Source: Amoebidium appalachense | Lineage: Eukaryota > Protista > Ichthyosporea | Length of the DNA stretch: 64,000 nucleotides | Direction of reading: 5' to 3' | NCBI GenBank assembly: GCA_963693365.1 | Contig: CAVNZM010000007.1 | Coordinates: 667,979 to 731,978, forward strand | Part shown: piece by piece, positions 22,092 through 45,363 of the stretch | How positions within the stretch are numbered: position 1 is the first letter of the stretch | How the letters are laid out: every line of letters starts with the position of its first letter | The notes under the pieces: generated by a model | What the model was told of the DNA's origin: nothing | The model's input: only the letters and a program-made list of their open reading frames with translations | Database searches by the model: none | Program-made: the position numbers and the translations under genes

Positions 22092-23424
22092 TTTTCTGGG
22101 AAACTACTTTGGCCCCTCGCTTTTGTACACGTTCGGTCTACTGAGAGGTACGGCACAATTGGTAGTGCCTGTGTGAAACGCGGAAAAGGGCAATGTGGGA
22201 AACAATATGCGCAGCGAGAGATGAAAAGAAAGACGGAGTATTTGACGACGTTCATTCAAGGACTAGAAACAGGTGCTGTCACGGGTTCAACTCTCCAAGA
22301 ACAATTTCTTTCCCATGGCCAGAGCTGCCTGCGGCCTGACAAGAGTTCCGGAACTCCCAAGACAGCTATAGTGACTTTGCCCGAGTCTAGGGAAGCGCCA
22401 AGCCAGCAAAGCTTACAGTATTCCGTTCTTAAGAAAAGCAAAACAAGCACCTCATAAGGCCTATAAAACGTAACGGTAGGAAACAAAGCAAAAGTCACTC
22501 GCTGCTGAAACTCATGACGACGTGAGTGAGTGAAGCCAACAAGATTGCGATGTATTTTTTAACGTCAATAACAACATCAACATTGCATTACGTGACGTTA
22601 AAACTGTGTGATTGGACGGTTAACTTAACTAAAGCAAAATAGTCAGTTTTATTGGATAAACACTTACGTATAATCCAATCAAAGAAAGCTTGTGCTTGAT
22701 GCGTTTGTGCACTTTGAGAACCAATTGAAATGTAGGGCGACAAAGCATGCTCCAGTCGTAAAAAAATTCAAGATGGGAAACACTATGAAGGAATAGAGCA
22801 AAGCAGCCAATATGTTCCGTATGCTTTATTTAGGGATAGCCTAATCATAGGCAATAATGCACCGTTTTATCAGAAGCACATGCTCGGGAAGGAATCCAAA
22901 GGATGCTCACACATTGGATTTTTGGGCATCCAATCAGATGGTTCGATCTAAATGACAGCCGTCCAGTGCGCAGTTTGTAAGGGCTGTTGTGACGTATGCG
23001 ACGATTGCATGAGAAGGCAAAGGTAATAATAAACAATCACGAGATATGAAAAGCGAAAATGTATTCTATTGAATTCACGGGAAAGTTTTTAACTGAAAAC
23101 ATTCTCCCCAAAATGTTCCTGCAAACATGGCATCCATTTCACGTTTGATGCGCCGTAACCCAATGGGATGCACCCAGTCCCCACAACTGTGCTCTTGGGG
23201 TCCACAATAACTTTCTGCAAAGTTCAGCAAGCTATCTCATTTGCATAAATATCATATCACAATCTCATATGTATGACGCAATTATCTATAAAGGCGAAGT
23301 CCATAATGAGCTTTATTGGTATTACTATTTTTACTTAGCATACAGCCCAATGGCTCTAGGAATGTCGCATGGAGCCACAGCCGTGAAAAAACCATCCATA
23401 CAATTTGGCATCAATAAACTTTAA

Positions 23425-23977
23425 CCTGTTGAGGACCGGCCTAATTGATTCAACGTTGGGACCTAAACAACTCTATTGCAGCTCAAAATCGATAGAAAAA
23501 AACTCAAATAAATTGCATATGCCGATAGGTATATGTCCTAACTACACACTTTACTAAGATGATTAGGGGATAATATCATTATTTCATATACTTTTATATC
23601 TGTTTCTGAAGTGACTTTCGAGATTTTGAGAGAATCTTGGAGTTGCCATCGAATGTCCACTAAACCGGCCAATCATGTGCAGCCATTTTCACAATGGACC
23701 AATCAGAAGATTGCATTGACAGCATTTCGATGTCGTCATTGACCCGTCCAGCCGGCAAGTACCCTTTGTAGTTACACCATATACAAGGTATCGTTATTAG
23801 AGTAAAGTTCATTATTTTTTTTTGCATAAGACGAAGAACAACTGTATAATCTAATCTCGTGCTGTTTTTATTTGTCTAGTTCCTATCAACTTTATGCTCA
23901 CATTGGAGCACAAACTGACTCATGTCGATATCAGTTGACTAGATGTCGATCTCCTGAACTTTACGGTCCTCAAGAGG
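23425..23977. mobile_element. Non-autonomous piggyBac-type MITE
   Basis: TTAA flanks (23421-23424, 23978-23981); 14-bp TIRs CCTGTTGAGGACCG / CGGTCCTCAAGAGG (1 mismatch); no transposase ORF. Confidence 0.8.
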
Positions 23978-24181
23978 TTAACTAAAGTCCTTATAAAAAA
24001 ATTGACACAAGCAGCGGCTTTCACCGAGCTGAGTGAGCGCTCAGCCCCCTGACCGATGGTGTTCTAGGAGGAACCCATTACCCCTTAGACAATCCAATCA
24101 ATTTGAAGAATAGATCTGAATAATTTATGGCTTGCTTAGCCTAGCGTGACGAGGGCCTGCATGCTCACTGCCCGGCAACAC

Positions 24182-24906
<725 letters not shown>

Positions 24907-25775
24907 CTATTATCCCGGGTGGGGAAAGGGCACGGGGGATGGCATCGGGCGGAAGGGGGGAGGGGAAGGGGGGGCGGGGCGACGAAGTGGGGAGGTGAGG
25001 GATGGGGTGGGAGGGGAGGGATGGAGAGGGGAGGGAGGGGGAGGAGGGGGGTGGGGGAGGAGGAGGGGGAGGGGCCAGCTGCTGCAGGTTTTGCAGGCTA
25101 CTACCAGCGAGCATTTGGGTATTTAGAGTTTTACGGGCGGGCAGGAGCAGGGGAGGCGGAGTATTGCTGTGCTATTATTAGTGCTACAGGCCCTAGAGAA
25201 TACTGAAACACCCGCTGCAGCTGGTGGCCTCCTTCTCTCCCCTGCTTACCCACCTGACCCTGTTGATGGTGCCTCCCCCCCCCCCCCCCCCCCCCTCCCC
25301 CAACACACACACAATCTCTCTCTCCCTCTCTCTCCTCCCCCTCCAACGCCCTTCCGGCCTCTCCGCTCCTTTCCCCTTCACATCCATCTGTCATATCTGG
25401 TCATTGTTCCTTTCCCCCCCCACCCCCCCCACCTCCACCCCCTCCTACGCCCCCCTCCCTCCCTCCCGTCCCTCTCGCATGCCTTGTCTATCCCCGCTCT
25501 CCCCCCCACCCGGGCCCCAACCCATCAGGGTCTCCCTTGTGTAATGTCGTTTCGATCCTAAGTGCTTACGACTGTATCTGAAGTTGCGGCAATATTTTCG
25601 TTCTCATAACTATGTACATGTGTGACTGTATGTGTGAGTGAGAGAGTGTGTGTTTGTGTGTGTGCCCGTGCATGCGTGTGCCGGCACGTATGGCATGTGT
25701 GGGTGTGCGAGCCAAGTTGTGTGCAGGAGTGCGCAAGCATGTGCACGCACAGGTGTGTGCATGCCTGCGTGTGTG

Positions 25776-25811
<36 letters not shown>

Positions 25812-26288
25812 GTTCGTGTGTCGCTGTGCATGCGATTGCATGCATGTGTGGGTGCGCGGCTGAGCGGGCGCTTGCATGTATGTGTGCGCGCGTGCGTGTG
25901 TGTATGCATGTGTGTGTGTGCGCGCGTGTGCGCGTGTGTGCGTGTGTGTATGTGTGCGTGTGCGCACGTGGTCGCGCAGTTCTTGCCCATACACTACCAC
26001 TAGTTCTTTGGAGTGACCAGAACATACTGTCATTGCTCGCTGCAAGTTGGTACTGGGGTTGAAACTAACGGAATGTCTTGGATGGAGCGGCACGTACCGG
26101 AACAAGCGTGCACAAGACAATCTCACCCACAGCCCTATGAAACACCCAAGGGGACAGAGAGGAGGAGGTGGGGGAGGGCGAGGAGGAGTGGGGACGACGA
26201 GGAGGAAGAGGTAATGCCTGGATAACCTCAAAAACCTCCCATCCCCCCCCCCCTCCCCCCACCAGTACCCTCCCCCCCCCCTCCCCCC

Positions 26289-26319
<31 letters not shown>

Positions 26320-27643
26320 AAGAAAAAAAAAAAAAAGGAGAAGAAGAAGAAGAAACAGGCTAACGGGGCCGGGGTAAGGAAGATATGCACGCCTGCATCT
26401 GCCATGATAGCTTAGTCTCTTTTGATAAAACAGAGTTAGGTTGCATATGAAGAAAAATAGGTAGAATGGAACGAGGGGCAGAGGCCTAGGAGGGGAAGGG
26501 AGGAAGCAGAAAGCAGGGAAGAACAACTCTTCACTAGAGGAGAAAGGTGGGCGGGAGGGGCGAGGAGGCACGGGAGGCAGAGCTGTAGGGTGCGTGCTTA
26601 CTATTGTGATTCAACGATTACATTTCAAATAGAATCCAAACAAAAGAGCCTAACCATAACCACCCATTCAAGCATGTGAAAGCGAGGTGTCCCCCTCATG
26701 GAGAAGGAGAGTAGCGCCAGGGGGGAGGGGGGAGGGGGGAGAGGGGGGAGGGGGGGAGGGGGGGAAATGGAGGGGAAAAGAAGGGGGGGGGAGGGGGGGG
26801 GGGGTCTTCGTATCTCTCTACCCATGACTCAAAAAGACAAAAAAAAGAAACACCACAGCAGAAGCTATCAAACTGCCCCATATCTCTACCTGCCATGCAA
26901 ATGCTGCTGTGAGGCAGCGTGAAATGCCATACTATGAATGCCCCTAAGCGGACAAGGTGGAACACGGTGTTCCAGAGGTATAGCGTGGTTAAATTACATG
27001 CAGTCAAAGACCAAATGAATGCACAAAGGAGCCTAATGTAACAAATGAGGCTCATTCTCAGGCGAAGAAGGGCAAATCAAGCGAAGATTTCGTGTTCAAG
27101 AATTAACAAACTTTGAATAGTAAGTCCTGTCGCACTGCAAACAAGCTCTGTCCTGTATGCTGTATGTTTTATTGATGTCATCTACTACACCAAATGGCGC
27201 CTGCCGCATTTTTTTTTGCTTTTTTCCAAGTGTTTTTTGATAACCTTTTACCCAGTAGCACCATCATAAAACAACAAAAAATGTAGGAATATCATCTTGA
27301 AAACAATAAAAAAGTAGTAATATAGTGGGCATTGTTATACCCATCACAAAATTGTATGTTGTTTTTTTTTGGTGAACTTAGTCGACACTGCTAAGCTTTC
27401 CACTCTGTACTCATTCCCGGCTGGTGCAGTCATTATACAGGTGAAGCTCCCATGTGCTCCTAGGCCTGTGGCAGCAAAATACAAGGAGTATGTTAGTGAC
27501 TCCTCCCCTCCCCCCCTTCCCCCCCCTCCCCCCCCCCCCCCCCCCCCCCCCCGCCCACCCACCCACCCATCCACCCACCCACCTCCGTCTGCCTACAACC
27601 AAACCAAAAAAAACCCCCGAGGCCCCATGCTACTGAAATCCCC

Positions 27644-27674
<31 letters not shown>

Positions 27675-27921
27675 AAAAAAAAAAAAAAGAAGAAGAAGAA
27701 GAAGATAGATTGTTGGATTCGGGCTGTGAAGGGTTGAATTGTAATAGACAAGAGAAGAGAAGAAAAACGACAAAAGGGCTAGGCTCGGTATGTAACATGT
27801 TTTTGAAGGTGGTGGTGGTGGTTGCTAACAAACCCCCTCCCCCCCCCCCCCTCCCCCTCCCCCCCCCCCAAAAAAAAACAAAAAAAAAAAACACCACACA
27901 CAACACACACACGCACGCACG

Positions 27922-28034
<113 letters not shown>

Positions 28035-28342
28035 CACACACACACACAAAAACAATGAGTATTGAATTTTTATTGGTTGGAGGTTTTTGGAGGGTAAGGG
28101 GGGAGGGTTGTGAGTGGGGGAAGAAGGGGGGCGGGGGAGGAGGGGGGGAGGAGGAATCTCTTTTATCTTTTCTTTTTCTTTTTCCTCTTTCTATGTGTCT
28201 GTGTTTACCTCGAGGGCTATCTTTTCTTCTCCCTTTTCCTCTTCCTTCTTTCTATGTGTCTGTGTTTACATCAGCGAGGGTTATCTTTTCTTCAAGAAGT
28301 TCCCTTTTCCTTCTCTTCTTTCACTCTACTACATATGTTTAC

Positions 28343-28499
28343 CTTCAGGGCCATCAGCTCCCTCTGCAGCTCCTCCAGTCTCCATGTGTGTGTCTGGATG
28401 TCCTCAGTCACACGATCACGGTGTGCCTGGTCCGGTGCATTTGCAGCAAGCTGTGGGCACATGCACGTATGTGAGCGTGTGTGTGTGTCAGTGTGTGTG

Positions 28500-28532
<33 letters not shown>

Positions 28533-29238
28533 CAGTGTCAGTGTGTGTGTGTGTGTGTGTGTGTGTACACTGTGTATGTGTGTTGGAGGGGAGAGGAGGG
28601 CGGCAAGAGGGCAGGGGGGGGGGGGTTTGAGGGATGCCACAGGGGGTGTCTGGAGCCAGGGGAGGGGAAAAAGGAAGGGTAGGACGGGGGGTTCACAGAA
28701 GGGGAATCCCACGGGAATACGGCAATGAACGTATTACGGGTGTGTTGTGGATATTGGACAAAGGAGTAACGGCCCGTGTTCAAAGGGACAGCAGTGATAC
28801 TGCTATGAAATCCCGGGGGGGGGGGGGGGGGGGGGGGAGGGGGGGGGGAGGGGGGGGGGGGGGGATGACAGGGAGCTTCTCAATTTCAGGGGGAAAAATG
28901 GAGGAAAAGAGGAGCCCCTGGTGGAAGCCCAGGCTGAGAACTTGCGGGGATAGCCGGGCCAAGGGGGAGGGGGGGGGGGGGGGGGGAGAGGGGGGGGGGG
29001 GGGGATCTTTGAGGTGAAGGAGGGAGGGGAACGGTTAGCCTTTTTTATTTTATTTTTTTTTTTTGGGGGGGGGGGGAGGGGGAGGGGGGGGGGAGAGGGG
29101 GAGGGGCGGAGGGAGGGGGGGTGTTACCTGCTGCAGCTCCTGTATGCGCCATTTGTGAGTGAGAATGTCATCCTCGAGCTGCTGAACACGCAGCTCAGCA
29201 CCCTCCTTGTTCTGCACATGCGTGTGTCGTGCGTGCGT

Positions 29239-29325
<87 letters not shown>

Positions 29326-29360
29326 GCACGTGCATGTGCGTGGAGGTGGGGTTGGGCATG

Positions 29361-29424
<64 letters not shown>

Positions 29425-29711
29425 TGGGGGAGGGGGAACGGGGGGGGGGGGGAGAGGGGGGGGGGGGGGGGGGGGGGAGAGAGGGGGGGGGGGGGGCGCA
29501 TGTGTCAAATCATTATGATGTTGCAATTTAATGGCTGACAATGGATGCTTGCAAATATGCCGGATAGTGCGCCTGTAGGTGTCCACAGGTACTCAGCAGC
29601 AGAGGCGGGTTGGGAGAGGTGAGAAGGCAAAGGCTGTGGGGAAGTGGGTTGATGGGGGGTGTGCGTGTGTGTGTGTGGTGGTGGTGGTGGTGGTGGTGGT
29701 GGTGGTGGTGG

Positions 29712-29743
<32 letters not shown>

Positions 29744-29953
29744 GCGGGTCGTTTGCTGGCTGGCAGGTAATTAGGTTGCTTAGTGAACAGTTAGTTCCAT
29801 AGGGGCACGGGACACATTTGCACTTCGCTTCAACGTTCGAACCATTGCGTTTTGCAATGTATGGAAACACATGGTGAAGGACACATACAGAATACTGCAT
29901 ACAGTGTGGATTGCACCTACCGGCATCATCACTTCGGGGCCCAGCATTTTCAT
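28343..29953 (-). CDS. Spliced coiled-coil protein, partial model (exons 29953-29921, 29211-29128, 28450-28343)
   Basis: Phase-0 exons NKEGAELRVQQLEDDILTHKWRIQELQQ and LAANAPDQAHRDRVTEDIQTHTWRLEELQRELMALK with canonical splice sites; 3' end uncertain. Confidence 0.55.
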
Positions 29954-30998
29954 AGGTCCGTCGGGTGTTTGAAAGTCTCTAACCGTTAGATATTACAGGG
30001 AAACGTCTTGCGGATATGCGCAAGAAGTTGTTATTGCTAGGGGAAAAAACTATGGCTCCAATAATGCAAAAAAGACCCTTTTTAAGCCTTCTGACCTTCC
30101 CTCTTATCTGTCTACTATTCCCACTGTTTTAGGCCACTCTTCCGCTTTAGTTTTCACAGGTGTTGAAACTGACAAGCGTCACTCGAAAGTTCCCCGTTTT
30201 ATACCTTTAATCCTCGCCCTGGAGTTGAGTAATGACCATCAGTACGCGTGATTTATAACAAAGGGTATTGCTAGATGGCGATTCAGAATTTCAAATTTGA
30301 ATATGAATAACTAGTACTTTGATAAGCTGCAAATGATTTATACTTCTTCATGCGTGTAGCTCAGCTATGACATTAATTATCCGTGTCTTGATATCTTATT
30401 ATGCACATAAGTTTAAATCTGGATGATAAATTTGTCAGTTTCATAAAGTTTCCTTTGCCTGTAATTTGACACAGAGCGATCATAAGGCAATCCATGTCAG
30501 CGCATTGGTTCCCATACGCCAATAATAATGGGCTCAAAATTGAGCCTTTTGCCGGCTGTTCAGAATGTAGGGCTTTAGGCTGGCACAAAAAGTAAGACGA
30601 ATTTGCAGTTGTTAGAGCGCCCAGCCTTATATATTAGGAAAAAATTAGAAGCAGATTTTTTTTTTTATTTAAAAAAAATAATTATTATAATGAGCCTTGA
30701 ATAAAAAGCGGTTGTATCAACTGTATGTAGCTCACACATAGCGTTACATTCGTCAATGTCATGCAAACTGATGGGACTGCGACACCATCAATCTTACATA
30801 TCAATATGCAATCGCATCGGCACTTCTAAGCGGCGATAATCCACAGGTTTTTTGGGGGGTTTGACAACCTCAAAGGCATGCAAAGCACAGCAAAGCACAC
30901 ACACCTTTGCACACAGCCACAATTGCAAGTGTCTTTTCATCACTGGTGTACGAAGAACCCGTGTTCACTGCCATATTCTTGGTGCATTATAACAAAAC

Positions 30999-39637
<8,639 letters not shown>

Positions 39638-40047
39638 CCCGGCCCGTTTAGTTTGGAACCTCATGGCCCGATTCGAAACATTCCTGTCTACCAAGCTTGA
39701 GACACAGGCATCCGATTTACGTGAATGGTAACGGATAATTAATATCAATTTCTGAATATCATCAGTGTGCAATATTACGGTATACTTAGAGCTGGAAATA
39801 GCCGATAGGAGTTGTGAAGGAACTCTGAATGTAAACCTTGAAGTAGTGACTTGGTGTATCGGTGAGAGAATGTCATGGAAATACATTTGCATTTTTGGGT
39901 TACCGTACACACACACACACCACACAAAACAAGTACACACACACACACAGGCAAACACAAATACAAACATACACACACACAAAACCGTGACACACGTGCA
40001 GGCACACATGTGCATGCTCGTTTACACACGCGCACACACACACACAT

Positions 40048-40104
<57 letters not shown>

Positions 40105-40490
40105 TACACATGTGTACATGTACACACCGCACATGCATGCAATCCGGAATCATGAAACAACGTGCACATAAGCATGCATCAATTCACGGTCACAACATAT
40201 GGTTTCATAACCAATCTCGGTCCACACCTTGGGCATGCTGGTTTTTTTATATATAGATTTAACGCCTACTTTTGCCACGTGGCAACTATACTAATTCAAT
40301 CCAAAGTATCTATTTGTAGGTAGATGTGTTTCTGGTGTATTCACCATCAGTCCTCGGTGTGCGCGTGTCCCTCTGGTGATTCAAACATTACATCGAAGTT
40401 ACGATCACTTTAAAATTTCATAAAAATTGACTTCAAACACCGCAAGAGCAATCGCCTCAGTATGCCAAATCCGAAGCAACGTACAAGTAT

Positions 40491-40524
<34 letters not shown>

Positions 40525-40903
40525 ACACCACAAAAAAAAAAAAAAAAAAAAAAAAACACACACACATGCACATGTACACACACACACACACACACACGCA
40601 CACATACCCAACCCCCTCTGGGAAAAGAAAAAGTGGCACCGTCACCATGCCGCGGTAGCCCTGGCAAGGCGTGTTCAGGTGTGAGTGTGTGTGTGTGTAC
40701 ATGTGTGTGTGTGTGTGTGTGGCTTTGTGGGGGGCAGAATTGCAGGTTGATTTTCAGAATTTGGGCCCGGGGATGACTAATTATGGCTGTGCGGGTGGGC
40801 CTATGCTTGTGTGTGTTTGCCACCCACCATATGTGTGTGTGTGTGTGTGTGTGTGTGGTGGTGTGGGGGAGGGGTTCTGGTTGTGTGCGCACTCATGTGG
40901 GCG

Positions 40904-40941
<38 letters not shown>

Positions 40942-40985
40942 TGGTGGGGGGGAGGGGTTCTGGTTGTGTGCGCACTCATGTGGGC

Positions 40986-41026
<41 letters not shown>

Positions 41027-41122
41027 TGTGGGCATGTGTGCCAGCCACAATTGTGTGTGTTCATGCAGGTGTTGCATATTCGTATTGAGAAGAGTGGTGG
41101 TGGTGGTGTGTGGGGTGTGTGT

Positions 41123-41153
<31 letters not shown>

Positions 41154-41985
41154 GGGGGGGGGGAGGGGGAGGGGACGGGAAACTTGCGTGCGGGTGGCCA
41201 TGCACGAGTAGGCATATGCTTGTGTGAGTGCCGGCCACCAATGTGTGTGTTTGTTTGTGTCTAGGTCATCCGTGTTTCCATGCGTGTGTTTGGGAGTATT
41301 TGAGAGTAATGCCTGCTAGATTTTAATGCCCCTTAACCTCGTTCAGGTCGGATCACTCAGTTGCCGGAAAAATAAAACTGATCCCTCATTCATAGGGGTG
41401 TATATCAGCTACACGCACCTAATGCTGGCCATTTCTCTTGGCCCAAAACCCGTTACAGATCCCAAACGCGACTTATGTACAATGAGATCTGACACAAGTC
41501 CAGGCAATATGATCTACTTTACCCATCGGGTGCAAAATGTTCTAGGTGCTTGTAGCTATAAGTGTACTACTGCTTCCGTGCCCGTTCAACTGTCCGTGTG
41601 TAAGCCTGTGACAAGTTTTATGCGTGTAGATGTTTTCGCTAATAACGAGCACAAGTAAATGCACAGCCTGAACTGTTGGTTCACATACTCACATCTAAGC
41701 CTACACACACAAGCATCATAATACGAGCAGGCACACGAAAACAGACATCACCGTACAACTCCACTTGCTGTTGAGATACACCTACACTTTTCGTTGACCG
41801 TGACCGCATGTAGACGTCCATTTACAAAAAAACAATGATCTGTAGAACTTCAGGAAAGTGCACGTGGGTGCTCGATATTGGAGAGAAAACACAAGCCGAA
41901 CCTCCAAGAACCCTGAAACCTCTTTATCCCCCATGGGTAGCATTCACAATTGCATCGTCATCAGGAAAACAATTCGTGGGGGATG

Positions 41986-43114
41986 CTAGTTGAAACCCAA
42001 GCCCCCCCTTTTGTGGTCGTGTTTGTGGTGCACCGCAAACTCCCACTGCTGTTCTAGATCCTTCTCGATCTTTTTGGCAACTTTGGCATCAATCGCCGTA
42101 GGACCAACAGGGGCTGGATGGGGGGCCATGCTTCCAAGAGACCCGAAAAGACCCTTTTTCTTTGTCTCCCCCGCAGTTGCTGCGCCCGTGTTTTGTTTTT
42201 TCAATCCCAGAAGGGCAAGGAATTTCTGTTTCCGTTCGTCGCTCTCAAACGTGCTGTTTTCCCAATCGTTCCATCTCCCTGCTTTGGCTTCGGATTCATG
42301 TTTCCCGTTTGCCTCCCCTTCCTTCTTCGTCTCGCTGGTCTCTTTCGTTTTCGTTTTCTTTTTGTCATCCTCTGTGCTCTTTCTTTTCATCACGTCCTTT
42401 TTCTCTTCCTCATCGTCCGAATCGTCGCTCTCGTCTGATGTTTCTTCCTTCTTCGCTTTCTTCTTCTTCTTCGTTTCCTCTTCATTCTTTTTGGCCTTCT
42501 TTTTACTCTTCTTTGTTACTGGCTCTTCTTCTTCCTCCGAAACTGCATCCTTCTTCTTCTTCTTTTTCTTCTTCTTTTCGGGCTCTTCTTTTTCGTCTTT
42601 TTCTGGGTCACTCTTCTTCTCCTTCTTCTTCTTCTTTTCTACCTTTGTTTCCTCCGTACTTTCGTTCACATCATCTTGCTCTTTTTCCGCCTTTTTCGAT
42701 TTCTTTTTCTTTTCCGCCTTCTCCTCCTTTTCCACCTTCTCCCCATTTTCCTCTTCCTCCTTGCCTTCCTTCTTCTTCTTCTTCTTCTTCTTCTTCTTTT
42801 TCTCATCGTTGTCGTCTCCTTCCCTCTCTTCCTTCACATCTTCCTTTTCCTCCCCTTCCGCCTTTCCTTCCTTCTTCTTCTTCTTCTTCTCCTCTTCTCC
42901 TCCCTCCTGCTTTTCCTTCTTGCTCTTCTTCACCTTCTTCTCACTCTCCACCTCAGTCTCCTCCTCCCTCTTTCTCTTCTTCCCCTCACCATCCTCATTT
43001 TTTCTCCTTCTTCTTTTTTTTGCTCACCACCTCATCCTCCTCCCCCTTTCTCTTCTTCGTTTCCACCGCATCCACAACCGTTTCTTCCTTCTTCGATTTC
43101 TTTTCTTTCGCCAT
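41986..43114 (-). CDS. Lysine-rich nucleolar protein with C-terminal SMAP domain (KNOP1/C11orf58-like); probable 1-nt homopolymer frameshift near 43000-43021
   Basis: K/E-rich low complexity, then WNDWENSTFESDERKQKFLALLGLKK...KDLEQQW...GGLGF. ATG at 43114 is 1 nt out of frame with the main ORF. Confidence 0.85.
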
Positions 43115-44112
43115 TTTCTTATTCACTTCCTAATACGTAGTGTACTATATTCTCACACTCTCACGTGCACACTGCACCCAGTCCGTTGTCTGTGTGACAC
43201 TCAGCTACAGAGGAATTGGGCCACGTGTACAACTTTCATGAGCCACTAACCACAAATGGTTTGGCAAAGATGAATCCGATTGGAGCCATTAGGGTATTAT
43301 GCAACTAACCATATATGGGTTAGCGAAAATGGATATCATTGGAGCGTCACCTGCGCACACACCATGGCATGGTCCAAGGCCTCCTAAATAGCACACCCTG
43401 CTATTTAGGAGGCCTTGCATGGTCACATGCATATGACTGTGTCCGCTGTCGACTGCTGTGGCTTGTGGGCGTGGCTTTCATAGTTAGTTTCTTTGCACCT
43501 TTAGGTCCTTTTCCCGCTTTCCACATTACAAACTACAAAAATGTTATTAAACAAAGATATCCCAAAAAACACGGCAACAGCCATAGTTGTAAATGGTGTA
43601 CAGTAAATTGCTATGGTAGTTGTATGCGGCCGCGGTGCATGTGGCTTTGCGGTGTTGTGGTGCGAGTGCATGGTACACAGCACGGAGTATAACTTCACAA
43701 CGGAGTAATTGCTATGCGGTGCAGATATATAGATGCAAAGAGGGAACAAAGAGTATTCCACGCAAGTGACTTCTGTGGCCAGCAAACAGTAACCGTTGGG
43801 ATGTCCCTCTCCTTCACACCGTAGGTGCCCATACTATCCTCGGAATGACAGACACGTGGTTGGTTGGATGTCACTACACACTAGGTTGGTGGTTTTTTTC
43901 TTTTCGTTCCTCTCTCTCTTTTTTTCTTAAGTTTTTTTTTTTTTTTAAGGGGGGGGGGGGGGGGGGGGGGGGGGCTGAACGATAGGACACGTTTATGTCT
44001 ATTTATTTATTCAAGTCATTCTGACCAACCACCAGCCCCATGAAACTTATATATTTGCATGTGGCCGTATGCTAAAAGGAGTGTTTGCAGGTGGCCGGGT
44101 GCTAAAAAAAGT

Positions 44113-44353
44113 CTACTGGGCCACACCAATCACACCGCAGGCCGCACGCCCGCCAGCGTTGCCGGTGGTCTTGCTGAGCTCAACACCGCCCCGGCCAAGA
44201 TCATCCACACCCTCGTGGATCTGTGTGTTGTGTGTGTGTGTGTGGTTGTTTCGAAAGGATAGGGGGGAAGGGCGGGGGGAGGTTAGCATGCGCTGTAGCG
44301 ACAGTATGAAGTGCACATTCATAACGGACATCATGCAAAGTGCAAGCCATACC

Positions 44354-44400
<47 letters not shown>

Positions 44401-44614
44401 AACAAAGAGCAATAACAAAAACGTCACAAACGTGGGGAAATCCAAAATCAAAACAATTACGCGTGCAGGCAGAAGACACTTGAACAGAGCCCATCATCAG
44501 GGGGGTTCCTATGCCTCCACAAAAGCATGGGTTTCGACTCTTTAACCTCTCGCGTGTGGTTCCCAACCCATACTTTGTTTCAACAGCAATAGGCGAGTCC
44601 ACCTCGGGCGCGGG

Positions 44615-44651
<37 letters not shown>

Positions 44652-45169
44652 TACAGTGCGTGCGAAGGTGTGGTAGGTGAATGTACACATGCATGTGTCA
44701 AAGGGAGTAGGGATTGATAAAGATACGGTGTGTGTACGTGTACGTAGGCTTTGAAGGGGGCGGGAGCGGGGGAGAGGAAGGAGAAGGGGGGGGAGGGCTT
44801 TTGTGATATGGTGTGTGTGCACAGTAAGAGACATGAGCAGCAAAACACCGGCAACACATCGCATAGCAAGGAGGTTGTGTGTGTGTGTTGGGGGGGGGGG
44901 GGGGGGGGGGGAGGAGAGGGGCGGGGGGATCTTCGTTTGATACAGAGCTTCGACCCAGAACCCAAACTAGATACCATTTCAAAGATAACATTGTGGAGAT
45001 GACAGGCAGCCATTGTCTACGAGTTGAACATGCCGAAGTACATGCACATAGATCCACGACCCAGAACAAGGAAACAAAACGAGGGTGCAACAAACAGGAG
45101 CCCGTTTTATTTTCATCTTATTTCTTTTTTTTTTTTCTTTTTTATTTTTTTTTTGGGGGGGGGGGGGGG

Positions 45170-45206
<37 letters not shown>

Positions 45207-45332
45207 CGTGTGTGCATGCACGAAAGACGGGTGGATGATGGAAGGATCGCGAAAAAGAGAGAGAGAGAGTGTGTGTGTGTGTGCAAGAAGGCAGACAGCT
45301 TTACGAGAGAGAGAGAGAGAGAGAGCGAGAGC

Positions 45333-45363
<31 letters not shown>

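Noticed and set aside
41990-43249. 419-aa Phe/Ser-rich plus-strand ORF
   Set aside because: It is the antisense shadow of the Lys/Glu-rich SMAP gene.
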